NCBI GenBank assembly: GCA_040143965.1
Contig: JASJQH010000044.1
Coordinates: forward strand, 1-39,109
Reading direction: 5' to 3'
Origin: Basidiobolus ranarum
Taxonomy: Eukaryota
Length of the DNA: 39,109 bases
Positions within the stretch are counted from its first letter, which is position 1. Each line of letters starts with the position of its first letter. Below the pieces are notes generated by a model. That model was not told where the DNA came from, ran no database searches, and saw nothing but the letters and a program-made list of their open reading frames with translations. Made by a program: the position numbers and the translations under genes. This document shows positions 11,992-22,700 of the stretch, piece after piece.

Positions 11992-12920
11992 TTAGTAGCG
12001 GATACCAAACCATTTCTTAGGTTTTTTATCTTGTCGAGTATCATCTTGACTACTATTTGAACAAGAGGGATTTATGGATGTAGATGAAACGTGATCTTTA
12101 GCTAGTGATTTTGCTTTATCAAATGGATGGTCTTTCTCCCATTGTAAGTCTATCTGGTATGCCTGTAGAGCATTCTCCATTATATAGTTGTTAGTAGCCA
12201 TATAGTACTTTGCCTCATTCGGATCAACACATTTACTTAATAGTTGGAATCGTTTGACTGCAGCTTTTAGTTCTGTAAGAGAGTTAAAAAAAGCAAAGAA
12301 AAAATCCACTTTTTTCAAGTCATACCTTCGTCTGGTGTAGGTTCCGACTCGGTGGGTCCAAAATACCCCGGAATCAGAAGATAACGACGAGCGATAACGT
12401 TATTGTCAAACATTCTATTGACTTTCTTTAAATCGGTAATCTGCACCGAAAGTCGAAAGTGTAAGCTGAAAAGTATTCACGTAGATGAAATGAAAATAGG
12501 ACCATCAAGTTTATTTGTTCTTACCTCAACCCCATATTTCAAAGCAATGCCAAACAGAGTATCTTTTGGCTTGACATAATGAACGACATTATCGTCAATG
12601 AAACTACTTTTCTCATCTTTGTCAGTATATTTCTCAGAACCTCCATACTGTGGGAGCTCTTCTTCATAAGGAGGTGGACTGCGAAATTCCTTGGTGTCTA
12701 ATGAGTCTGGATTATTTTCCTGGAGAGGAGGTTGACGTACTTGTAAACATAAAGGACAATATTCCAAAAGGCGAGGATTCTCTGCTAAGCAGCTTGGGCA
12801 TACTATGCGGCTACAGCAGGGAGTAAGGTAAAGATCTTCGAGTTTCAAACTAACTCCAGAAACCGGGTCACACAGTGTTTTTAGCTCTTGGTAGCAGACA
12901 AGACAAGTTGGAGCAACCAT
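11992..12920 (-). CDS. LysM (CBM50) domain protein with N-terminal Cys8 RING-like zinc finger, PY motifs and C-terminal UBA-like domain; 3 exons
   Basis: Exons 12920-12525, 12440-12326 and 12272-11992. LysM: HYVKPKDTLFGIALKYGVE/ITDLKKVNRMFDNNVIARRYLLIP. Zinc finger: CLVC...CC...CPSC...CPLC. PY motifs: PPPY and LPQY. UBA-like: VKRFQLLSKCVDPNEAKYYMATNNYIMENALQAY. Confidence 0.8.
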
Positions 12921-13740
12921 GATAAATGCTTTTTATGTTCGGTACTGATAGTTTAGTTGGAAAAATAGTCGGGTTAAAAGAAGAAAGAGAGTGAGTTAAT
13001 AAGCTATTCAGTCACAAGATAGGTAGGTAAAGCTTTCCCGTCACAAGACAATGAGGTAAAGTTTTCATACTTGACTAGTACATCGACCCTTCTATTTTTA
13101 CCGAATCGGGAAACCATATGTCAGTCACTCATCCAACCAGCATGCAAAGTTACGGGCATACGGCTCAACTCTACTGTCATCAATCAGCCTAGGTGACTGT
13201 TTTGTGATCATCTCAAACCATCGATTTGAGCATAAAGCAAAACTAATTCCGCCGGTTCATGTCTAAGGGCAATGATCTCAAGAGTAACTTTATGCCCGCT
13301 GCGCCACTTGAGATGTACTTTCGGTTGAGACATACCGAAATCTATGATTCTCGAATAAAATCAATCCTGAATATTGTCCAATTAAAATGGATCATAAATA
13401 ACCCAAACTCCATACCACATTACGGGTTATGATTGGTTGAGGATTTTGAGTTTGATCAGTAAATTCGGTAGTAATAACAAACGTTAGGCCAAACACATTC
13501 CGTAAAAATAAACAATCTTTGACAAAAATAATTCTCAAATGCCAACATCAATACCGATTTGAACCATTCAAAAAGAATATCATGGAAGCGATCCAGAGTC
13601 CCACTAATTTGAATATGAAATTTCGGTGGTGTCACTGTTGGCCAAGTGCTTTATCTAGCATTATTTCTTCGATATTCCTTTTCTCTTTACGTTAACTCGT
13701 TCTTTTCTCCTTTGGTTTTTTGATCCAGTTATATTCTTTA

Positions 13741-15290
13741 ATGATGGCAACCAACACCACCACCCAAACTCAAAAGAGGGTTAGCAAGCCTGATCAAGAA
13801 GTCTATAGAAAAAATCTTGATGAGATTGATGCTAGCATCGAAGCAGTCAAGGAAAAATTGGTAAATAATCCCTTTCTTTTATACCTATTCGAGAAGAGAA
13901 GCCTAAAGTTCAAACAATTTCCGATAGACTCTTATCAAAGAAAAGATTGGCGGTGCCGATAGCAAAGGTCCCAGTGGTGACAGACGTTCCCAATTACTCG
14001 ATAAACTCCAAGAGATTCGCACACAACAAGCTGAGATTAAAAAATCTAAGCAATCTGTTCGCGACCAGATGAACGTTTTCAATGCCAATATCAGGAGAAA
14101 GGTATGTTGTCTATTATATATCTGAGTAAACAGGCTTGGACTAACTGGTGCTCATTTGTGTTCTAAAGGTTGGTGAAATGAAGGATTCCAAGGACAAATC
14201 TCCCTTCAAAACTCTCAAGGAAATTGAAACCCAAATTGAGTAAGCACTCTTTGTTTACCCCTATACCTTGATAATAATCGAAGTACTTAATTGATTTCAT
14301 GGTAGAACTCTAGAAAACCAACTTGAAAGTGGTTCCCTCAAGCTCATTGAGGAGAAACGTGTAGTTAATGAGATCTCCAACCTTAAGAAATCTAGAAAGA
14401 ATGCTGAATCTTTCGAAGCTCAACAGCAATCTATCGACGAAGACAAGAAGAAGATTGAAGAATTAAAAGTACTTCTCGATGACCCTAAGAACAAGGCCTT
14501 AAATGATGAATATAACGCCATTCAAGCCGAACTTGATACCCTCAGCAAGGGACGCGAATCTGAGCGTGCCAAGAGAAACGAATTATTTAATGAACGTAAC
14601 AAACTTCAAAAGGAACTCGATGCTATTTACAACAATAAGCGCGCCGTTCAAGATGCCTATAGAAATGCCAACAATGAATACTACAAATGGCAACAAGAGG
14701 ATCGTACCCGTCGCCAGGAACAATTCCGTTTAAAGAAGCAACAGGAAGTTGAAGAGAAGAAGGCTGCTATTGCTGCTCAAGAAAGAGAATTGGCTGAAGT
14801 CCCAGCATACCTCGATGAAATTAATTCCTGTGATACTCTTCTCAACTATCTTCAACAGTATTCTTCCGATCAATCCGCTGCCGAAAAGACCGAAGAAGTT
14901 AGCGCACCTTCTACCTTGAACATCCGTGAGCCTGACACCAACAACAATGTACCTGAAGGATTTGTTCTCAAGAAGAAGTCCGATGACGAATACTTTGTCG
15001 GTGGCAAAGCATCCAAGAAGAACAAGAATAAGAACAAGAACGAGCCCAAGGCTTCTACTTTCAAGCTTCCTCTTAGTATTATGGAGCAAATGTGGGAGTT
15101 GAAGTTGGACGTCCCTGTTTCTGCTGGTGATGCTGATAAATCTATCGTTGCTATCAAGGAGAAGAAACAATGGTTCAAAGAAAACCAAGAACGCGTCACT
15201 GCTGAAAACAAAGCTAAGGCTGAAGCTAAGATTGCTGCTTTGAACAAAAACCAAGAAACTGCCACTGAAGCTGTCGAAGCCACCAACTAA
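13741..15290 (+). CDS. BFR1: Nuclear segregation protein Bfr1-like coiled-coil mRNP protein; 4 exons
   Basis: KPDQEVYRKNLDEIDASI N-terminus, SPFKTLKEIETQI, LESGSLKLIEEKRVVNEISNLKKSRK, PAYLDEINSCDTLLNY, DEYFVGGK..KK, and WFKENQERVTAENKAKAE. GT-AG introns at 13861-13927, about 14102-14168 and about 14240-14305. Confidence 0.85.
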
Positions 15291-15593
15291 AAAGGGGTAC
15301 TTGTCCTACCAAACAAACCTCACAATTCAAAAAAGCACCATTACATTCTATCTTGTTCAACTAATAATAAAAGTAATGTCTAGACTGCGTATAGGTTCAA
15401 GCTATTCCATTATTAGTCAGTTTTATATATCTTTGCCGTGACAACCTATTTACGATTTAAAGTGTTTTTTCTAAAGAGTGTACTAACGTATATTGGCAAA
15501 TAAGGAGGGGAAAAATTGGGGGATTAAGGGCATATAAAAATTTCATCATAGGAAGGCAGGAAGTGTGGGAAAGTCAACAACAGAGTGGTACAT

Positions 15594-16553
15594 CTATTTG
15601 CACTGTGGTCCAGGTGTATTTGTAATTTCGTTTCCAGTAATGTTTACTCCATAATTGGGCAGAAAGATGGGATGTTGCAAATCTAGATCTCCTATGGAGA
15701 GAACATCTTGTAAATCAGATACTCTATCGGCAGAAGGTGGCCAAGTATCATCTGGATAGCAGCAGAGAAGTTGGCGTCTTGTTTTCAGGAATTTCGCAAG
15801 ATAATCTTTTTCTGACAGATAGCCTTTACTTCCAGTGACTGTGATTATTTTAACAAGATTGATATCAGCTTCATTCATTTGCCAGCCGTGTTGAATGATT
15901 GTGTCATAAAAGATCGCCTTCCCCAGGTTACTCTCGACGCCCACTCTTTTGGCGAACTTTAATGCTGGTGTAAAGTACATATCATCATTGATTTGATCTT
16001 GTATCCCGTTAAAGTTGGAGTTTTTACATGAAGTCGCGGTCCAGGTCTTATCAAAATCAACCAACTCACTTGTGTCATCTCTTTTAGAGTCACATTGAGC
16101 TAGTGTATCTATTTTTTCCAAAGTGGGTATATATTTAGAAAGTGCGGAACGTGGGTTAACCTCTTCATATTTGTGTAGTACCGTCAAAGCGTCTCCGGTC
16201 CCAGTGGTGAAGCCTATTCTGCCGCAAGTGAATCCCCTACCATCGTTAAGTTTTTCACAGGCTGCATATCCGTAGATCTCGTTGCCATTTTCAAATACGT
16301 TAGTGATGATCTCCGCGTATTTTTTAGCTCTTGAAGAGATCTCGGCGATAGGCCATGTCTTGATATTATAAAATTCTCTAGTCATCTTCGCGTTTGGGTT
16401 ACAGTTGGCCTTTTTCGCTACGAATTGGAACTTCCCGCAGTTTTTGGGAGATTTTTCGTATTCTTTCGTGCAAAAAGGGGTTTCTTTTGCCTGCACATTA
16501 GACTGATAAATACTTGGCCAGGCAACCAGTACTAAACAAATGGACTTGAACAT
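15594..16553 (-). CDS. csn: Secreted GH46 chitosanase (copy 1), intronless
   Basis: VFENG (catalytic Glu), EKLNDGRGFTCGRIGFTTGTGDAL (catalytic Asp and Thr) and IFYDTIIQHG closely match the Bacillus subtilis Csn-type motif as I recall it. The N-terminus is moderately hydrophobic and is a likely signal peptide. Confidence 0.9.
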   Translation of the reverse strand: MFKSICLVLVAWPSIYQSNVQAKETPFCTKEYEKSPKNCGKFQFVAKKANCNPNAKMTREFYNIKTWPIAEISSRAKKYAEIITNVFENGNEIYGYAACEKLNDGRGFTCGRIGFTTGTGDALTVLHKYEEVNPRSALSKYIPTLEKIDTLAQCDSKRDDTSELVDFDKTWTATSCKNSNFNGIQDQINDDMYFTPALKFAKRVGVESNLGKAIFYDTIIQHGWQMNEADINLVKIITVTGSKGYLSEKDYLAKFLKTRRQLLCCYPDDTWPPSADRVSDLQDVLSIGDLDLQHPIFLPNYGVNITGNEITNTPGPQCK

Positions 16554-17127
16554 ATGAATTGGGTTTAAGCGGTTGTTCGGTATTTAAAGGTTTGAATTAA
16601 GCTTCGACTGCTCCGTTAAGTCTTCACCTTCCCTAATATATACTACGACTTGGATGTACTAGTGAGGTAGGAGAAATCCCCCTTATAGAGCGATACTTAT
16701 GTAAAATGATGCTGAGCATCTAAGGTGATAATAAATCTCGGGAATTGAGAAGCCCCTACTTTCTGCCTCAAGGGACATTATCCAAACGGTTGTGGAAATT
16801 CATTCGTCAACTACCGACGGAGATTTTCTTCCAGTCTATACATAGTGAGGATTCGACCTGCTATCTCGGAAATATTGGAAAGCTTTAGTGATTCTCGGTA
16901 AATTCCTAGCACCATGTGTACCTTGCATACGGAATCTGCTAGTCGCTGATCCAGAGATAATATCTTACTAGATAAATGAATGATGTCATACGTCCACTTC
17001 CGATAGCTAAACTGGATTTTATCCCTGTTCAAGCAATTCGGTCAAAGTAAAAGAGCCAGAACAAGGTTTATGTGAGATTTTATTGACTTGTATCTTACAT
17101 TTTGAATATCTAACAAAACTCTGATAT

Positions 17128-18090
17128 CTAATAACCCTTACATAGTGGGCTCTTTTTGTTTACCTTTTCTTTTCCCGTTACTGTGGCCCCGTAGTTTGGC
17201 AGTTTTAATGGCCGTGTTAGGTTTAGATCATTCGATGTTACTTTCTCTTTAAGAACTGATTGTAGATCAACAATTCTATCTGCTGATTGTGGCCATGTGT
17301 TGTCGGGATAACAGCAAAGCATCTGACGCCTAATGAGTAGGAATTTGGAAAGATATTCAGCCTCTGTTAGGTTTCCTCTTTGACCAGTTAGGTTCATTAT
17401 TCGGACAATATTGATTTCCTCTTCATTCACTTGCCATCCATGCTGAACGATGGTATCGTAAAAGATCGATTTACCAAGATTTGTCTCCAAAGATACGCTT
17501 TTCGCAAATTTCATTGCTGGCGTGAAGTACATATCGTCATTGACATTATCTTGTGCTAGCCTAAAGCTGGCATCTTTACAAGCAGTTTGGATCCATACTT
17601 TGTCGAAGCTCTCAAGTCCTGTAGTGCCATTTCTCTTATTGTCACAAAGACTGAGCTGATCCAACTCCTTTAGACGCTCAGTGTATTTACTGAGCGCTGA
17701 AGGTTTCGTGGTACCTTCACTGTGTTTGTTAATCACCACCAATGCATCCCCAGTTCCAGTAGTAAATCCAACTCTACCACATGTATAACCTCTCTTGTCT
17801 CCCAAGATTTCGCAGTTGGGATAACCAAACACGGTGTTCCCATTTTCAAATACATTTGTAATTATTTGTGCTTTAAGTTTACCTTCCTTTGAGATGTTCG
17901 CCGCCGGCCAGTCTTTAAGATCGTAAAACCTTTGATCCGGTGGGATATCCTTACATTTGGCTGATGTAAATGCGAATTTAGAACAATTTTCTGGAGTATT
18001 GGCATACTCTTTCTGACAGAAATTCTCCTCCGCCAGTGCAGAAGCTGCTAGTGCCACAAGGATAAGTAGAGAAGGGAGGCTGTATGTCAT
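17128..18090 (-). CDS. csn: Secreted GH46 chitosanase (copy 2), intronless
   Basis: VFENG...EILGDKRGYTCGRVGFTTGTGDAL...IFYDTIVQHG, with a clear signal peptide MTYSLPSLLILVALAASALA. Collinear paralogue of copy 1. Confidence 0.92.
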   Translation of the reverse strand: MTYSLPSLLILVALAASALAEENFCQKEYANTPENCSKFAFTSAKCKDIPPDQRFYDLKDWPAANISKEGKLKAQIITNVFENGNTVFGYPNCEILGDKRGYTCGRVGFTTGTGDALVVINKHSEGTTKPSALSKYTERLKELDQLSLCDNKRNGTTGLESFDKVWIQTACKDASFRLAQDNVNDDMYFTPAMKFAKSVSLETNLGKSIFYDTIVQHGWQVNEEEINIVRIMNLTGQRGNLTEAEYLSKFLLIRRQMLCCYPDNTWPQSADRIVDLQSVLKEKVTSNDLNLTRPLKLPNYGATVTGKEKVNKKSPLCKGY

Positions 18091-18666
18091 CTCTGAATGA
18101 GTTGCTTTACAACATCATTGCTCCCCTCTCATTATATATTTGACTGTTGGATTGTCTAATCCTGTCAATAATCAATTGTACTCCACGAAATAGTCTACAT
18201 ACTGGTGCGAACTCATTGGACGTTCTTTCATTTTCGTTTAATAATTACCAAACCAGGAATTGATCAGCTTCATTCTAGCCCAATCAAGTAAATCAATAAT
18301 AAAGTATATTTCATTAAGGAAGTATACCAGGTTAGCAGATATCCTGGTTAATTCGATGGCATAATCCATAAACTCAAACCTGCAAGGTGTGAGGAGAAGG
18401 AAAGGAGAGGGTACAGAGCAATTGATTGTGAACAGTGGAGCATACGAATTAAGGTTTCCATTTGAAGAATCCATCATTTAGGTACTAATTGGTTTCAATT
18501 TTGTATACAAATGAGCGTTTCTACCGGGTCACTTGGTGGGAATTGTACTTTGCATGAAACACACATTGTCTTGAATTCAATTGACTAATACACGTTTAAT
18601 GTTGAAAAATAAACAAACAATTTACATTGGTCAAGTAGTAAAAGAAATCATTCATAGTCGGGATAC

Positions 18667-19218
18667 TCATTTTAACAAAGCCATTTCTACTGCAGCGGCT
18701 CCCCAGTCTTCTCCGTGGTTATGCCCCTTGTTGCTTCCCTTGCCCATACCAGCTCTCTCTAAAGCCTGGTCATCGGTGAGACAAGTAAGAACTCCAAAAA
18801 TAACCGGTATTCCGGTATCGAGTCCAACACGCATGAGTCCTTGACTAACTGCGTCACAGATATATTCAAAGTGCATGGTACTGCCTTTAATCAGGACTCC
18901 AATACAAATAACTGCGTCAAAGGGACGTTCAGTATCCTCCTCGGGAGTGGTACCACCTAATAGATCATTATTGGTGACAGATTGAACTTGAGAGTTACTA
19001 ATTAGACGCTTGGCTGCGAAAGGAAGCTCATAAGAACCAGACACTTCCTTAGTCACGATATTTTCTGCTTTGACATTATACTTGGAGACCATGGTGTCAT
19101 GAGCCCCTTTAACTAAACCGTCCACTATTTCTTTGTTCCAACGGGCATGAACGATAAGTACGCGAAGATTAGAACCATCATGGCTTTGAGTTGATGAGGC
19201 GACACCCTTTTCGAACAT
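18667..19218 (-). CDS. RIB4: 6,7-dimethyl-8-ribityllumazine synthase (riboflavin biosynthesis)
   Basis: [42 protein letters not shown] and [15 protein letters not shown]; fungal type with an internal insertion. Confidence 0.96.
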   Translation of the reverse strand: MFEKGVASSTQSHDGSNLRVLIVHARWNKEIVDGLVKGAHDTMVSKYNVKAENIVTKEVSGSYELPFAAKRLISNSQVQSVTNNDLLGGTTPEEDTERPFDAVICIGVLIKGSTMHFEYICDAVSQGLMRVGLDTGIPVIFGVLTCLTDDQALERAGMGKGSNKGHNHGEDWGAAAVEMALLK

Positions 19219-19716
19219 GTTGGATAATAGAAATAAAGTAGAAGTAACGAAAAAATTTCGATTGATAAAATTTCTGGTTTATTCACTAAAATATACGTCA
19301 TCAAGCGTACCCCTTCCCCCAAATTACAGGAATCTCCAATATTTTAATGATTGGCTAACTAGATTTTTAAAAATTGGCTGTCGAATGGTTTTTGAATACT
19401 AAAGAGATGCAGTCTAAAAGACCCAATCTACTTGAAAATGCAACTTGGGCTAAAAAACTATTAATGTCTCAGAGTAATATGGACTTCCAAGAAATGGATA
19501 TTAATTATAATGGTACAAACCTGAATACTTTATATAAACAATAAACAATTAAAAGAATTAATCGATAGATTTAGAAATAAAAAATATAATAAAAAAGGAA
19601 AGGGAATGGGAATGAGAGAGGGAGTGTTAATTAGAAAGGCTTACTACCAATATTGTTAGTAAGTATGAACTCTATATGTTGATGACTGGTGGTAGGGATT
19701 GGAAGTAACGATCCAT

Positions 19717-22700
19717 TTACTCGATCTCGGAATCTTCGTCTAATAAAGGTCGACGACGAGATTGCTTAGAAGCATCGATTCTCGGTGATGATCGGAGTGC
19801 TTTGGTGCGTAGTTTTTTCCCTTTAATTGAACCTACATTTCGATGTTAGTAGAATACTGCGTGTTTAGTATGGCATAGCTACAACGTACCCAAACTAATT
19901 GTTTCCTCCGATCCTGCTCTATCACTGTTCTTTCGGGTCGAGGATTCCGAGGCTATACTTACACTATCCTCGGGAGCTTCAGTAAGTGCAGCAGGGATAT
20001 GGCCTCCGGGGAAAAGCTCCTCAAACTTAGCATCGAAAGCCTCTTGCATTTTGTCAGCATCTACATACACCCATGATCCTTCTTCATTGAAAGTCCGAGC
20101 ATTGTTGAACATTAAATGGAAATCCTCACGGATTTGGTTGACATTCTTGTAGTAGCTTGTCTTCATCCTCTTTCGGATAATATCCATGGCAATGGGTTGC
20201 TTAATCATGGTATAGTACTGCGGGTACATCTTTTTGCTTGGTAATTCCAAAAACAACAGACAACGTTGGCGATTGCTGCAAAAGAAAGTACAATTAGACA
20301 CATGTAAGTGAGTATATAACTATCTCGATAGAACTATACTCTTCTTCAGGATCAACGCAGTCTTCAACAGCGGAGTACAATTCTTGGAACAAATGATCCA
20401 AGTTACGCTTCACTTGAGAGGGTGTATCCGATAAACCAGCATCCTTTTCTTTGGCTACTCTACGTTTTTTTCTAGCTGGAGTCTGTTGGGAATAAATCAA
20501 TATAAAAGCCATCAAGATACTACTATTCAATAGAGACATACAGGAGTAGGAGTTTCTGCGGTTTTCTTTTTGGATCTACCTCGTCTAGGGGTTTCACTAC
20601 TAGCAACGCTAGCTGTATCATCAATATCTTCTTGCAGCTGTACACGCTTAGAGGATTTCGGTTCAGGAGTATCAACCTCTTCTTTCGAGGACTTGTTCTT
20701 CTTTCGCTCTTCACGACGTCTTCGTCTTTCTTTTTTCTTCGCAATCACCTCATCAACGTCAAGATTATCGTCCTCGATAGCCTAACGAAGGATAAATGAT
20801 TTTAGAAATTATTATGATAATAAATGAGCAATCAGACCATACCTCAAGCCACTGCTCCTCAGTAAGACCATCATCATAGTGAATCTCTCCCTTAGAACGA
20901 TGTCCACGCCCACGATGTCCATCATCTTCTTCTTGCTTACGTAGATCCTCTTCATGATCCCGCATGTAGATGTCTGGTAATTCATGCTCTTGAATTAATC
21001 GTTCAGGCTTCTTGCCACGTCCACCTGAACGCTTCCAAGCCTTCTCAGCTTCAAGCTCTCGATCCTTATCCATCTGCTTGAAGATGGCAAGTTCTTCATC
21101 AGAACGGGCTATGATCTCATTCAAATCATCATCGTTCAGCTCCTCATCCATATCGCTTTCATTCGAATTGTCCACCTCTAGTAAAGTTCGCAAGAATGCC
21201 TCACGTTCCTCCGCGGTACTTTTATTATCGAATTTACCTGCTTGAATAACTTTCCCATCCATATCCAATTTGTATTGCGCTCTGGCTAGAATGGTTTCTT
21301 CGACCGAGTTTTCTGAAATTAATCGGAGAATTCGAACTTCTTTCGTCTGACCGATACGATGAGCACGATCTTGTGCTTGAAGATCTTGATGTGGATTCCA
21401 ATCAGAATCGAATATAATAACTGTATCCGCAGTCTGAAGATTCAACCCAAGCCCACCAGCTCGGGTACTCAAGAGGAACATTTTATAGGGTGAGTCGGGT
21501 GCGTTAAACTGCTTCAATAGCAGAGAACGATCGTCTGATTTCACAGTACCGTCCAATCTAAGGTATTCAATTCCTTTATAAACGAGGAAATCTTCCATGA
21601 TACTCATGATGGTTGTCATTTGAAAGAACATTAGTATCCGATGTCCAGTAGCAAAGTATTTCGGTAGAATTCTGTCCAGTAGTTCAAATTTTCCCGACAC
21701 ACGGTACAAACACTCGTCGTTAGTGCGGGATGGATTGATGGCTCGTTCTACATCTTCAAAGACAAATGGATGGTTACAAATCTTCCTGAGTTGCATGATT
21801 GTATTGTTGAGTCCTCGGATACCAGTAGCGCTGTGGAAGTGGGTGTTTTCAGTTAGCATATGTCAATAAAGATTATCAATGCAAGGATGATTTACCCTTT
21901 TTCATCATCGGTTGTGAACAACATTCCGTGCTTTCGCATTTGATTGTAAAGCTTCGTTTGTAGAGCTGAAAGTTTGCATTTCACCACTGTTTCTACTTTA
22001 TCGGGTAACTCAGATTCAACATCCTTTTTCAAACGTCTCAGTAAAAATGGTCGAAGGACCTAATGAATGGTTAGCATTGGGCCAAGTGATTTGCTATAGG
22101 AGGTGACTTAGATGATACCTTGTGTAAGCGTCTGATAATCAAGAGTGCCTCCTCTTCATTTAATTCAATCTTGTCTTGACCTCCAGCATTGGCAAACGGT
22201 GTGTTGAACCACTCATCAAAGCTCTTAACTGAGTTAAAGATCTTGGGCAAGACAAAGTTAAGTAACGCCCACAATTCTGGAAGATTGTTCTACGCATTAT
22301 TCAGGAAAGGTTAGCTGAGTATCTATGGGAATGAACTGGGATGTATACTAACTTGAAGCGGCGTGCCGGTAAGAATCAGGCGATACCTTGTCGAATAATA
22401 TTGAGTTAATGTGTAGGTAAGCTTGGAGTTGACATTTTTCATACGGTGACCCTCGTCGATGATCATATGAACCCATTTGATTTTTCCCAAAATGTGCTTA
22501 TCCTTGATGATATATTCGAACGTCGTCAAGAGCACCTGGAAATTGCCATGCTTAATTTGCATTTGTTGGATTTCACGACGCTCATTAGGCGGGCCTTTGT
22601 ATACTACTTTGACAACGGACGGCGCCCATTTCTCAAACTCTAGTGTCCAATTGGTAAGCGTTCTGAATTGGTAGATTTGGATTAGACTTGGGCACATTTT

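Noticed and set aside
19219-19450. FMN-riboswitch-like element upstream of RIB4
   Set aside because: No RFN conserved segments are visible, and the region is a plain AT-rich promoter.
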